Assembly: GCA_965277805.1 (NCBI GenBank)
Contig: OZ255842.1
Coordinates: 2,432,001 to 2,496,000, forward strand
From: Candidatus Lustribacter sp.
GTDB taxonomy: Bacteria; Vulcanimicrobiota; Vulcanimicrobiia; Vulcanimicrobiales; Vulcanimicrobiaceae
Reading direction: 5' to 3'
Length of the DNA: 64,000 bases
A model generated the notes under the pieces. The model worked only from the letters and a program-made list of their open reading frames with translations, searched no databases and was not told the origin of the DNA. Positions 1-10,062 of the stretch are shown piece after piece (positions within the stretch are counted from its first letter, which is position 1; each line of letters opens with the position of its first letter). Position numbers and translations under genes: made by a program.

Positions 1-242
1 AAGGGCGGATGTCCGCGATAGGCGATCGTGAGCGCGGCCGACGGATTGATCGTCGCGAGCGTCACCGCACCCGAAGCCACATCCGTAATGCCGTCGGGCG
101 TGCTCGAATTCGAGAGCACCACTTCCGGAACGGCGCTTGCGAAGCGCACGGTCATCTTGCGCTTGAACGGATCGGCCGCGGCCAGCTCAGCTGCGATGTC
201 GAGCACGAGCCGCGCGCGCAGTGTCGGTGGTTGAATGTCCAC
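1..242 (-). CDS. Partial (runs off window) solute-receptor-like protein, possibly TAXI/TRAP-type
   Basis: Own translation from GTG at 242: MDIQPPTLRARLVLDIAAEL...LATINPSAALTIAYRGHPP; open to window edge; divergent from MarR gene. Confidence 0.45.
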   Translation of the reverse strand, partial: MDIQPPTLRARLVLDIAAELAAADPFKRKMTVRFASAVPEVVLSNSSTPDGITDVASGAVTLATINPSAALTIAYRGHPP

Positions 243-282
243 GAAAAGGCGTTCGCCGCGCCGCTCTGAAAATCAGCCACGA

Positions 283-792
283 ATGGCCCGCAAACGCCCG
301 CGGACGCTGGTGATTCCCAAAGACCATCTCGATGCGCTCGCGCGGGATTTCGGCAAGGACTTCAATCCGGCCAACGCGCGGCTCTTCTTTGCCATCCGGG
401 CCCTCGCCCAGCGCATCAACGATCGCGCTAACGACTGGCTTGCGCCGCTCGGAACGACTGCGACCAAGTTTAACTACCTCGTCACGCTCTACGCAAAGCG
501 CGACGAGGGCCTGACCCTGAACGACTTGAGCACCTTCGTGCACACCTCGAACGCGACCGTCACGTCGATGGTCGATGCGCTCGAGCGCGACGGCCTCGTC
601 GCGCGCAATCAGAACCCGGCCGACCGGCGCAGCACGGTCGTGACGCTGACCCCAAAGGGAGTTGCATTGATCAAGAAAGCCTTTCTTCGTCACCACGCCG
701 GGATCGATGCCTCGATGAAGCCGTTTTCGGCGAGCGAGCGGCGCGCGTTGCTCGATCTCATCGTCCGCCTCGGCGCGAGCCTCGAGGCGTAG
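283..792 (+). CDS. MarR-family transcriptional regulator
   Basis: wHTH segment TVTSMVDALERDGLVAR..DRRS..VTLTPKG; start taken at MARKRP (ORF track starts at 235). Confidence 0.9.
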   Translation: MARKRPRTLVIPKDHLDALARDFGKDFNPANARLFFAIRALAQRINDRANDWLAPLGTTATKFNYLVTLYAKRDEGLTLNDLSTFVHTSNATVTSMVDALERDGLVARNQNPADRRSTVVTLTPKGVALIKKAFLRHHAGIDASMKPFSASERRALLDLIVRLGASLEA

Positions 793-799
793 CGGCGTC

Positions 800-1750
800 A
801 TGCACCGGATCGACGTTCACAACCACATCTTCCCGACGCAATACCTCGCCGCGGCGAAGGCCAAGGGCAAGATCGGTGAGGTACTGTCCTCGCAGCCCGG
901 CATGATCGATTGGACGCCGGCGACGTCGCTCGAGGCGATGGACCGCAACGACGTGCAGAAAGCGATCACGTCGGTTTCAACGCCCGGCGTGTGGTGGGGC
1001 GATCTCGAGCTTGCGCGCACGCTCGCGCGCCAGTGCAACGAATTCTCGGCCGAGATGGCGCGCAATTACCCGAGCCGCTTCGGCTTCTTCGCGTCGCTGC
1101 CGCTGCCCGACGTCGAAGCGAGCCTGGCCGAGATCGCTTATGCGCTGGATGAGCTGGGCGCAACGGGCATTCTCTTGATGACGAGTTACGGCGATCGCTG
1201 GCCCGGCGACGTTGCGTTCGAACCGGTCTTTCGCGAGCTCAACCGGCGCAAAGCGACCGTGTTCTTTCACCCGACCGTGGCGGATTGCTGCCGCGGCCTG
1301 ATCCCCGACGTCGGGCCGTCGATGATCGAGTATCCGATGGACTCGACCCGCGCGATCGTGAGCCTCCTCACGAGCGGCACGTTCTCCGCGTGTCCCAACG
1401 TCAAATGCATCTTCTCGCACGGCGGCGGCGTGCTGCCGATGCTGGCCGCGCGCATCGCGCGCGTCGCCGACCGTTCGCCCGTGAGCGGCCCGCGCTTACC
1501 GCACGGTGCGATGCACGAGCTGCAGCAGCTGCGGTTCGACATCGCGTCGGCCACGAGCCCGCCGGCGCTCGACGCGCTGCTGCGCTTCGCGCCGATCGAG
1601 CACATCCTCTTCGGGAGCGATTTCCCCTATCAGGACTTCGAGTCGGCGATCGACGGTCTGCGCGACGGCGGCGTTACCGGCGCGCGCCTCGCGGCGATCG
1701 AATCGGGCAACATCCAGTCGCTGCTTACGCGTTCGGCGGCGTCCAGATGA
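800..1750 (+). CDS. Amidohydrolase-2 family protein (aromatic acid decarboxylase/ACMSD-like)
   Basis: IDVHNH metal motif, FFHP, SHGGG, LFGSDFPY. Confidence 0.88.
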   Translation: MHRIDVHNHIFPTQYLAAAKAKGKIGEVLSSQPGMIDWTPATSLEAMDRNDVQKAITSVSTPGVWWGDLELARTLARQCNEFSAEMARNYPSRFGFFASLPLPDVEASLAEIAYALDELGATGILLMTSYGDRWPGDVAFEPVFRELNRRKATVFFHPTVADCCRGLIPDVGPSMIEYPMDSTRAIVSLLTSGTFSACPNVKCIFSHGGGVLPMLAARIARVADRSPVSGPRLPHGAMHELQQLRFDIASATSPPALDALLRFAPIEHILFGSDFPYQDFESAIDGLRDGGVTGARLAAIESGNIQSLLTRSAASR

Positions 1751-2693
1751 CGTCGCTTGCCGGGAACGGTTTGAGATTGCCGTACTTCGCCATCACATTG
1801 ATCACCGGCTGAATCTCGCTCACGTCCACGCGCACGGCCTCGTCGTAGTGCGAACGTGCCATCGTGGCCATGACCTCGGGCGCGATCTTCGTGTAGCGCT
1901 GCAGAATGACGCCGGACTCTTTCTGATGGGTGTTCGCCCATTGCGCGCTGCGCTGCATTGCGACGAAGAAACGCCGGGCGGCCTCACCGTTGCGCGCGAG
2001 CCAGCCGCTCTCGGCGCACCAGCCGGAAAGCAGATAGTGATTTGATACCGCATCGTTGAGGTTGCCGGCGATTTGGGCCACGCCTTTCGCACCGGTGATG
2101 AACGGTTCGATGATGCCGACCGCGTCGACGCGGTTTTGCTCGAGTCCCACGGCCATCGCCGCATACGGCAACTCGACGAATTGCACGCTTTTGGAGTCGC
2201 CGCCGCCGCGGTCGATCCAGGCTTGAATGCTGTACGACGTCATGTCGTGCAAGCCGCCGACGCCGATCCGTTTGCCGTTGAAGTCGGCGCCCGAGCGCAG
2301 CGGAGAATTCTTGAGCACCATCAGCGCGGCGTTGACGACGGCGCCGGCATACACCACGCCGGTCGCGATGAACTTCATCGCGATGCCCTGCTGGTGCGCG
2401 AGCAACACGGGCCCGGGGCTGCCGCTGGCGATGTCGAGTGCCCCCGACGCGGTAGCGGCGATCACCGAGGCACCGTTGCCGAGCACCGTGAGCGTCACGT
2501 CGAGCCCGGCTTCTTTGAACATGCCGAGATCTTGCGCGTAGAAGCACTGCGCCGACGGATCGATCGGAATGCCGCCGACGCGTAACGGGATGAGATCCGC
2601 CGCGCGCCCCGCTTTGCGCGCTATCGTGCCCGCTGCAACGGTCGCGCCCAGACCCGCGATGACCGACGAGCGCCGAAGGTTCGGGCCGCTCAT
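1725..2693 (-). CDS. ABC-type solute-binding protein (SsuA/NMT1-like)
   Basis: RR-containing signal, GMFKEAGLDV, DFNGKRIGV, VDAV..IEPF; ATGA overlap with upstream Rieske gene. Confidence 0.85.
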   Translation of the reverse strand: MSGPNLRRSSVIAGLGATVAAGTIARKAGRAADLIPLRVGGIPIDPSAQCFYAQDLGMFKEAGLDVTLTVLGNGASVIAATASGALDIASGSPGPVLLAHQQGIAMKFIATGVVYAGAVVNAALMVLKNSPLRSGADFNGKRIGVGGLHDMTSYSIQAWIDRGGGDSKSVQFVELPYAAMAVGLEQNRVDAVGIIEPFITGAKGVAQIAGNLNDAVSNHYLLSGWCAESGWLARNGEAARRFFVAMQRSAQWANTHQKESGVILQRYTKIAPEVMATMARSHYDEAVRVDVSEIQPVINVMAKYGNLKPFPASDVIWTPPNA

Positions 2694-3841
2694 GAGACGG
2701 GTTCCAGACGTTGCATCACCGCCGGCGCTTCGATCTTGGTCCATCGCTTGGGCGGCGCGCCGGCGCGAATGGCGTCGAGTTCGCGGAAGAGGATCCGGCG
2801 CAACAGGGCGATGCCGGCATCCGACGCTCCCAGCCGCTCTTTCGAGCGGTCGTGAATGACGCCTTGGCCGCGTACCGCGGCGTAGTCTTGCGCGGTGATG
2901 CGATCGCCCACGCCGACGTCGGGCAATTGATGGTCTTCGAAGAGCACCTTCGCGTAATCCAAGACGCGGCCGGTGCTGATGCCGCCGTTGCGGCGCAGAC
3001 GTTCACCGGTTTCGCCGCCGGGATAGGCCGCGGCGATGAAACGCAGCGTGTTCTCATCGTCGATCGGTACCGCCCAGCCGCTGACGTTGATCCAGGGATC
3101 GGTGGGCTCCGGCGGCGCGGCCAGCACGTTGTTGTTGTTCGGAAACGTCCAATTGCTGATGCGCACGCCGTTGGGGCGGATCGCCGTCTGCCGGATGCCC
3201 GCCGCCGTTTCGACATATTCGAGTTCCGGCGGCGTCGCGCCGATCTCCGCACCGAGCCGAGTCGGCGTCGGCCAGCGGTGCACGTAGCTGACGTGCGTGG
3301 CATCGAGCGAGTTTTCGCATTGCTGCAGCCAGTTACAATCCCACACGTCCTCGCGCAACGAGATGTCCATGCCGGGAGCCTCGAGCGCGTCCTTGCGCGG
3401 CAGATCGAACGGCGGCGCTTCGCCCTCACCCAGGTACGCGAAGATCAAGCCCGCGTATTCATGGGTCGGATACCCCGCGATGCGAACCAGCTCCGGTTTG
3501 CCGTTCTTTTCGGCCGGCATCTCGGTGCACTGCCCGGTTCCGTCGTAGCGCCAGCCGTGGTACATGCAGCGGATCTGGTCGTCCTGGATCCAGCCGGTTT
3601 GAAGCACCGTGCAACGGTGCGCGCATTGACCGCCGACGAGATACGCGGTACCGCTCTCGCCGCGATAGAGCGTCAGGTCCTCGCATAAGATGCGGATCGC
3701 ACGCGCGGTACCCGGCGCGAGCTTGCTCGCGGTTGCAATCGGGTGCCAAAACTGCCGTAACAGCTTGCCCATCAACGTATCCGGGCCCGTTTGCGTCAAG
3801 AGCTTGAGCTGCTCCACGTGCCGTTGATCGTGACGTTCCAT
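2690..3841 (-). CDS. Rieske non-haem iron oxygenase alpha subunit (phthalate 4,5-dioxygenase/LigX-like)
   Basis: CAH..CMYH Rieske motif; ENSLDATHVSYVH mononuclear Fe motif; TQTGPDTLMG N-terminus. Confidence 0.92.
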   Translation of the reverse strand: MERHDQRHVEQLKLLTQTGPDTLMGKLLRQFWHPIATASKLAPGTARAIRILCEDLTLYRGESGTAYLVGGQCAHRCTVLQTGWIQDDQIRCMYHGWRYDGTGQCTEMPAEKNGKPELVRIAGYPTHEYAGLIFAYLGEGEAPPFDLPRKDALEAPGMDISLREDVWDCNWLQQCENSLDATHVSYVHRWPTPTRLGAEIGATPPELEYVETAAGIRQTAIRPNGVRISNWTFPNNNNVLAAPPEPTDPWINVSGWAVPIDDENTLRFIAAAYPGGETGERLRRNGGISTGRVLDYAKVLFEDHQLPDVGVGDRITAQDYAAVRGQGVIHDRSKERLGASDAGIALLRRILFRELDAIRAGAPPKRWTKIEAPAVMQRLEPVS

Positions 3842-3937
3842 GCATCGCTCCGTTTCGCACCAACGAGGTCCCCGCGACGAGACTCGTCGAACGGCGTTCG
3901 AGCAAAAATTTTCTATCGCCTTTGCGGGAGTCGCACG

Positions 3938-5095
3938 ATGGACGATCACCAAGCTCGGCGGGCAGAACGGCTGCGGCAGTTGACCCAGACGGGTCCCGGC
4001 ACGCCGATGGGGACGCTACTGCGCCAGTTCTGGCAGCCGGTCGCCATCGCGAGCAAGCTCGCACCGGGAACGGCGCGCGCGCTGCGCATCATGTGCGAGG
4101 ATCTCACGCTCTACCGTGGTGAGAGCGGAGCGCCGCACCTTATCGGCGGCCGGTGTGCGCACCGCTGCACGGTCCTGCACACAGGTTGGGTCGAAGCCGA
4201 TCAAATCCGCTGCATGTACCACGGCTGGCGCTACGACGCAACCGGAGCGTGCACCGAGATGCCCGCCGAGCGGCAGTTGCTGCCCGACGTCGCGGTGCCG
4301 GCCTATCCGGTACACGAGTACGGCGGCCTGATCTTCGCCTACATGGGTGCGGGCGCGCCGCCCGAGTTCGATCTGCCGCGCCGCGAGGACTTCGAGCGCC
4401 CCGACTACGACATCTCGAACCACGCCGATGTGTGGGATTGCAACTGGCTGCAGCAGTCCGAAAACTCGCTCGACGCCACCCACTTGAGTTTCGTGCATCA
4501 GTGGCCGACGCCGACGCGGCTCGGCGAAGAGATCGGACCGTCCATTCCCGAGCTGAGCTACGAAGAAACGACGGCCGGCATTCGTCAGACCGCGACGCGC
4601 GGTGCCGATAACGTGCGGATCAGCAACTGGACGTTTCCGAACAACAACTTCATTAACTCCGCTCCGCCCTACAAAGGCGCCCCGTGGATACGCGTTAGCG
4701 CCTACCAAGTGCCGATCGACGACGAGCGGACGCTGCGCATCTCGATCATGGCGTATCCGGGCGGTGAGGTCGGCGAAGCCGTGCGCAACAGCGGCGGCGT
4801 GCTGAGCCTCTTCTCGCAAGATTATAGCAAAATACTCTTTGAGGAGCACCGCGTGCCCGACATCCGGCCCGCCGATGCGATCATGTCGCAAGACTACGCC
4901 GCCGTACGCGGACAAGGCACGATCCAAGACCGCACGCGCGAGCAACTCGGCGCATCGGACGCGGGCATCGCGCTGCTGCGCAAGATCATCTTTCGCGAAC
5001 TCGATGCGATCGAGAACGGTGCGCCGCCCAAACGGTGGCGACGTGTGGAAGGTCCGCTCCCAATGCCCGAGCCGGTCGGCGCGGCCTCACCGTAG
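3938..5095 (+). CDS. Rieske oxygenase alpha subunit (paralogue)
   Basis: CAH..CMYH; ENSLDATHLSFVH; QDYAAV. Confidence 0.92.
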   Translation: MDDHQARRAERLRQLTQTGPGTPMGTLLRQFWQPVAIASKLAPGTARALRIMCEDLTLYRGESGAPHLIGGRCAHRCTVLHTGWVEADQIRCMYHGWRYDATGACTEMPAERQLLPDVAVPAYPVHEYGGLIFAYMGAGAPPEFDLPRREDFERPDYDISNHADVWDCNWLQQSENSLDATHLSFVHQWPTPTRLGEEIGPSIPELSYEETTAGIRQTATRGADNVRISNWTFPNNNFINSAPPYKGAPWIRVSAYQVPIDDERTLRISIMAYPGGEVGEAVRNSGGVLSLFSQDYSKILFEEHRVPDIRPADAIMSQDYAAVRGQGTIQDRTREQLGASDAGIALLRKIIFRELDAIENGAPPKRWRRVEGPLPMPEPVGAASP

Positions 5096-6267
5096 TGAGC
5101 GCCGTCGCGCGCTCGATCGCGCTGTTTCTCGCCGCCGCCCTCCTGGCACCGGCTCCCGCCCGAGCGGCCGATCCGTTCGAGTTGTATGCGATTTCGGAGC
5201 TGACCGGCAGCGCAGGCTTCGTCGGCAAGAACGAAGTCATCGCGTTGCAAGCTTTCGAGAACAAACTCAACGCAAGCGGCGGCATCGAAGGCCGGCCGTT
5301 GAAGTTCATCATCCAGGACGCGGCCTCGGATCCGCGCGTGGCCGTGCAGCTGACCACCGCACTCGTTGCGAAGAAAGTCAACCTGATTCTCGGCGCATCG
5401 CTGGCGGCGACGTGTTCGGCCGAACAACCGCTGGTCAATAACGGACCGCTCGCATTTTGTCTTTCGAACGCGGTGATTCCGAAACCGGGAAGTTTCATGT
5501 TTGCCGCATCGGTCACCACCGGCAACCACGTTGCCGCCGGCCTGCGTTTTGCGCGGCTCAAGGGAATGCGGCGCATCGCCGCCATCGTAACGACCGACAC
5601 CAGCGGCCAAAACGGCGAAGACGCGATCAACCAAGCCATCGCCGATCCGTCGAACAAAGCGCTGAAGCTCGTCGATATGGAACACTTCAACCCCACCGAT
5701 TTGTCGGTGGCCGCGCAACTCGCGCGCATCAAAGCCGCCGATCCCGATCTGATCGTGCTGTGGACGACCGGAGTCGCCGCCGGTACCGTGCTGCGCGGCC
5801 TGCCCGAAGCCGGTCTCGAGAAGCTCCCGGTGCTGATCAGCCCCGGCAACGCGACGTACGCGCAGATGGCCCAATATGCGACGTTCCTTCCGGCCCAACT
5901 CTATTTCACGCTGCCCGCAGCAATGATCGCCGGCGACGCGCCGGACCCGGCTGTCCGGCCCTTGATCAAGGAGTTGCGCGATGCGATGGCGCCGCTGAAC
6001 GGACAGATCGACATCTCGGTAACCGCGGCGTGGGACGCTTCGCTCATCGCAGCGAGCGCGCTGAAGAAACTTGGTGTGGGCGCGACGCCGGAGCAACTGC
6101 GCGCCTACGTGGCCGGACTGCGGAACTTCGAAGGCGTTGCCGGCCGCTACGACTTCGTAAAGTACCCGCAACGCGGGATCAGCGAAGATAGCGAATACAT
6201 CGGCCGCTGGGACGGGACCAAAAACGCCTGGATCGGCGTGAGCAAGGCCGGCGGAACCCCGCTGTAA
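5095..6267 (+). CDS. ABC solute-binding protein, branched-chain amino acid (Peripla_BP_6) type
   Basis: Signal peptide; ELTGSAGFVG, NASGGIEGRPLKF; GTG overlaps upstream stop. Confidence 0.85.
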   Translation: MSAVARSIALFLAAALLAPAPARAADPFELYAISELTGSAGFVGKNEVIALQAFENKLNASGGIEGRPLKFIIQDAASDPRVAVQLTTALVAKKVNLILGASLAATCSAEQPLVNNGPLAFCLSNAVIPKPGSFMFAASVTTGNHVAAGLRFARLKGMRRIAAIVTTDTSGQNGEDAINQAIADPSNKALKLVDMEHFNPTDLSVAAQLARIKAADPDLIVLWTTGVAAGTVLRGLPEAGLEKLPVLISPGNATYAQMAQYATFLPAQLYFTLPAAMIAGDAPDPAVRPLIKELRDAMAPLNGQIDISVTAAWDASLIAASALKKLGVGATPEQLRAYVAGLRNFEGVAGRYDFVKYPQRGISEDSEYIGRWDGTKNAWIGVSKAGGTPL

Positions 6268-6279
6268 CATTACCGAGGC

Positions 6280-7926
6280 ATGATACCGGCAAGCATCGCT
6301 CTCGCACGCATTCTCAAAGCGGAGGGAACGGAGTACCTCTTCTGCTTCCCGACCACCGAGATCATCGAGGCGGCAGCGATCGAAGGCATCCGCGTGATAA
6401 CGTGCCGCACCGAACGGACCGTCGGGCACATGGCCGACGCGTATACGCGCGTGCAGAACGGCAAGAAAATCGGCGTGTGTGCGGTGCAGGCCGGGCCTGG
6501 TACCGAAAGCGCCTTCGTCGGTTTCGCTCAGGCCTACGCCGATTCATCGCCCATCCTCATGATTACCGACGCGGCGAAACGCAATCGCGTCGGGCTGCCG
6601 TCGCTCTCGGATACGGTCGGCAACTATCACGGGATCACGAAGTGGGCCGATACGATCAACACACCCGATCGCGTGGCGTCGATGGCGTCGCGCGCGTTCA
6701 CGAAACTGCGCAACGGCCGGCGCCGTCCGGTCTTGCTCGGGCTTCCGGGCGACGTCGCCGACGAGCAGATCGACGAAACCAAAATGCGCTACGTGCCGGT
6801 GCGTTCGTATGCGAGCGCGGGCGATACGCACGACGTTGCCAAGGCGATCGAGTTGCTGCAAAAGGCGCGCAAGCCGATGTTTTATGTCGGCCAGGGCGTG
6901 CTATGGGCCGATGCCGCTCCGGAATTACTCGAACTCGCGGAACTGCTCCACGTTCCGGTCATGACGACCAACCTTGCCAAAGGCGTCTTTCCCGAAGAAC
7001 ATCCGCTCTCGCTCGGCAGTGCCGGCGCTGAAGTCACCGGGATGAACGATCACTTCCTGCGCGAGAGCGACCTCGCGTTTTGCCTCGGCGCGAGCCTAAC
7101 GCAATCGCTGGCTGCGATCGCAATCCCGCGCGGCAAGACGATCGTGCACTGCACCGACGACGCGAGCGACCTCAATACCGAATATCACAACACCGAGCAT
7201 GCCGTCATCGGCGACATGAAGATCGTGTTGCGTCAGCTCATCGACGAGGCCCGTGAACGCGGCGGACGGCCGGACGACGGTGCTGCCGCGGAAATCGCCA
7301 AACTGCGCGAGTCTTGGATGGCGCAATGGATGCCGAAGCTGACGTCGGACGAAAACCCGATCGGACCGTACCGCGTCATTTGGGACCTCATGAACACGAT
7401 CGACCGCAGCAAGTCGATCGTCACCCATGATTCCGGCACACCCCGCTCGCACCTCACGCCGTTCTACAACGCTCCGCTGCCGCGCACGTTCTTGGGTTGG
7501 GGCAACGCGCACCAGTTGGGTTCGTCGCTTCCGCTGATCATGGGCGCGAAGATGGCCGCGCCGGAAAAGCTGGCCGTTGCGTTCATGGGGGATGCGGCCT
7601 TCGGCATGTCCGCGATGGACATGGAAACGGCCGTTCGCGAGGGCGTTCCCGTGTTGGCGATCGTGATGAACAACTCGTGGATGTCGACCTATTCCAAACG
7701 CATCCCGGAAGCGACGAAGCGCTATAAGGTCGGCTACATGTGCGCAAATTACACGGATGTGGCGCGGGGCTTGGGCTGCCACGGCGAACGCGTCGAACAG
7801 CCGGCGGACATCATTCCGGCGCTCAAACGGGCGATTGCTGCCACCGAGAACGGTCAGCCCGCCGTGCTCGAGGTCATGTCAAAAGTGGAATACTCCTCGT
7901 CGCGTTTCGGCGCTACCGGCCCGTAG
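6280..7926 (+). CDS. Thiamine diphosphate-dependent enzyme (acetolactate synthase large subunit-like family)
   Basis: RTE..GHMADAY, QAGPG, GDAAFGM...NN ThDP motif. Confidence 0.88.
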   Translation: MIPASIALARILKAEGTEYLFCFPTTEIIEAAAIEGIRVITCRTERTVGHMADAYTRVQNGKKIGVCAVQAGPGTESAFVGFAQAYADSSPILMITDAAKRNRVGLPSLSDTVGNYHGITKWADTINTPDRVASMASRAFTKLRNGRRRPVLLGLPGDVADEQIDETKMRYVPVRSYASAGDTHDVAKAIELLQKARKPMFYVGQGVLWADAAPELLELAELLHVPVMTTNLAKGVFPEEHPLSLGSAGAEVTGMNDHFLRESDLAFCLGASLTQSLAAIAIPRGKTIVHCTDDASDLNTEYHNTEHAVIGDMKIVLRQLIDEARERGGRPDDGAAAEIAKLRESWMAQWMPKLTSDENPIGPYRVIWDLMNTIDRSKSIVTHDSGTPRSHLTPFYNAPLPRTFLGWGNAHQLGSSLPLIMGAKMAAPEKLAVAFMGDAAFGMSAMDMETAVREGVPVLAIVMNNSWMSTYSKRIPEATKRYKVGYMCANYTDVARGLGCHGERVEQPADIIPALKRAIAATENGQPAVLEVMSKVEYSSSRFGATGP

Positions 7927-8872
7927 ACGCGACGAGGTAATTCGCAAAGAGGTCGGCCGCCGGTACGGCCGACGATAAGACACCGTACTTGGCGGCGGCA
8001 TTAATCAGCGGCTGCGCGAGCGGAATTGCATTTCGCCGCTCGGGATAGGGAGCGTGCGACATCGCGCGTATTGTGGCAACCTCCATCTTGAGATAGGGGG
8101 CCGTAATCGCCGCCGCTTTGGCGCTGTTGCGATCGCACCATTCTTCTGCTTGGATGAGCGCCTCGTTGAAGCGTTGGCCCACGTCGCGGTTTTGCTCGGC
8201 CCACGATGTCGTTGCCGCCCAGCCGCTGATGAGGACTGTATCCCCGATGGCGTTGTACGCATAACCGAGGTTTTGCGATGTCGGCCACGCCCGCTGCATC
8301 GCCGGCTCGGCGATCATCGCCGCATCGACTTGACGTGTCTGCAGCATCGCCGGCATCAAGTCGAACGACATTTCAATGAATCGTGCCGTGCTCGAATCGC
8401 CGCCGTTCGCATCGATCCAAAGCCGCGCACCGATATAGCCCAATCCCTTGAGATTGCTCGTTGCGATGGTTTTCCCGTTCAAATCGCGTGCGGTCTTGAT
8501 CGCCGATCCCTTCGGAACGAGCAGCGCATCGGCCGGCGAGGACGATGAATAGAATGAACTCAGCGCAACGAAGACCAGCGGAATGCCTTTCTCACGGGCC
8601 TGCGCCATCGAGACGATATTGACCGACACGATGTCGAGCGCACCCGCCACGAGTCCGGCCGTCGCCGCCGAGCCGCCGTTCGCTACTTGAGGAACGACCG
8701 TCAGGTTGCTCTTTTGAAAAAAGCCCTGTTCCTGAGCGACGTAAAACGGTTGCAGCGTGTTGACCGGCTCGAACGACACGCGCAAGGTTCGCGTGTCGGC
8801 CCTCGCCACGCCGCGGGCCAATCCGCCCAGAGCGACTGCGGCAAGACTGCGAACGGCGGTAACGCGTTTCAT
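7913..8872 (-). CDS. ABC solute-binding protein (SsuA/NMT1-like)
   Basis: GFFQKSNLTV, DLNGKTIA, WIDANGGDSS, VDAAMIAEP. Confidence 0.85.
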   Translation of the reverse strand: MKRVTAVRSLAAVALGGLARGVARADTRTLRVSFEPVNTLQPFYVAQEQGFFQKSNLTVVPQVANGGSAATAGLVAGALDIVSVNIVSMAQAREKGIPLVFVALSSFYSSSSPADALLVPKGSAIKTARDLNGKTIATSNLKGLGYIGARLWIDANGGDSSTARFIEMSFDLMPAMLQTRQVDAAMIAEPAMQRAWPTSQNLGYAYNAIGDTVLISGWAATTSWAEQNRDVGQRFNEALIQAEEWCDRNSAKAAAITAPYLKMEVATIRAMSHAPYPERRNAIPLAQPLINAAAKYGVLSSAVPAADLFANYLVASTGR

Positions 8873-8913
8873 GGGTTGCCGTTAATTGCTTGCGCCGCTT
8901 TCACCTACTGCGG

Positions 8914-8919
8914 TAAAAT
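8914..8919 (+). promoter_or_regulatory. -10 box of a probable leaderless promoter for the Rieske gene
   Basis: TAAAAT 6 nt before ATG 8926, no Shine-Dalgarno. Confidence 0.45.
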
Positions 8920-8925
8920 CAACCG

Positions 8926-10062
8926 ATGAAGCAGCATGACGAGCAGCATCAGTCACGGCTCGATCTTCTCGTCCAGACCGGGCCGGAAACGCTGATGGGG
9001 AAGCTGCTGCGGACATTTTGGCATCCCGTCGCCATCGCCGGCACGTTGGCCGCCGGCCAAGCCCGTCCGCTGCGAATTCTGTCCGAGGACCTGACGCTGT
9101 TTCGCGGCGCGAGCGGCACTCCGTTTCTGATCGGCGCCCGCTGTGCGCACCGCTGCACGCAACTCCACACCGGTTGGGTCGAAGACGATCAGATCCGCTG
9201 CATGTATCATGGTTGGCGTTACGACGGTGACGGGCAATGTACGGAAATGCCCGCCGAAGCGCACGCGAAACCGGAAGCCGTGAAAATCGAAGGCTATCCC
9301 GTGCGCGAGTATGCCGGCTTGATCTTCGCCTACATGGGCGACTCGCCGGCACCGTCGTTCGAGCTCGTTCGAAATCCGGTTCTCGAAGACCCGGCCCTGG
9401 ACACCTCGCCCCACGAAGAGGTCTGGGACTGCAACTGGTTTCAGCAAATCGAGAACTCGCTCGATTCAACCCACTTGAGCTTCGTTCATCAATGGCCGAA
9501 CGCCACGCGGCTCGGCGCGGAAATCGGTGCGGCGATTCCCGAACTCCATTACGAGGAAACCTCATCGGGCATCCGTCAAACGGCAATTCGCCCGTCCGGC
9601 GTCCGCATCAGCAATTGGACGTTTCCCAATTGCAACAACGTGCTCGGAGCCCCGGCACGACCGGGCGATCCTTGGTCGACGACCGTGGCGTGGCAAGTAC
9701 CGATCGACGATGAAAACACACTTCGTATCACGATGAAGTCATATCCCGGCGGCGAGACCGGCGCGGGCATCCGCGCCAACGGCGGCGTGTTTGAAAGCAA
9801 GGTGATGGAGTCCGCCGATATTCTCTTCAACGAACACCGCCTGCCGAATCATGGGCCGGCCGATCTCGTGCGCGACCAAGACTACGCCGCCGTCCGCGGA
9901 CAGTCACGAATTCACGACCGCAAACAAGAACATCTCGGCGCGTCAGACGCCGGAATCGCGCTCGCACGCCGCATCTTCTTTCGCGAAATGGAAGCCATCC
10001 GAACCGGTTCCGCGACGAAGCAATGGACGAAGTCGCAAGAGCCGGTGGTGCTGAGCCGCTAG
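8926..10062 (+). CDS. Rieske oxygenase alpha subunit (paralogue)
   Basis: CAH..CMYH; ENSLDSTHLSFVH. Confidence 0.92.
   Translation: MKQHDEQHQSRLDLLVQTGPETLMGKLLRTFWHPVAIAGTLAAGQARPLRILSEDLTLFRGASGTPFLIGARCAHRCTQLHTGWVEDDQIRCMYHGWRYDGDGQCTEMPAEAHAKPEAVKIEGYPVREYAGLIFAYMGDSPAPSFELVRNPVLEDPALDTSPHEEVWDCNWFQQIENSLDSTHLSFVHQWPNATRLGAEIGAAIPELHYEETSSGIRQTAIRPSGVRISNWTFPNCNNVLGAPARPGDPWSTTVAWQVPIDDENTLRITMKSYPGGETGAGIRANGGVFESKVMESADILFNEHRLPNHGPADLVRDQDYAAVRGQSRIHDRKQEHLGASDAGIALARRIFFREMEAIRTGSATKQWTKSQEPVVLSR

Noticed and set aside
4894-6429. Long antisense ORFs (e.g. 4894-6429, 21942-22937, 25006-26907)
   Set aside because: Shadow frames of well-supported genes in high-GC DNA with no recognisable motifs
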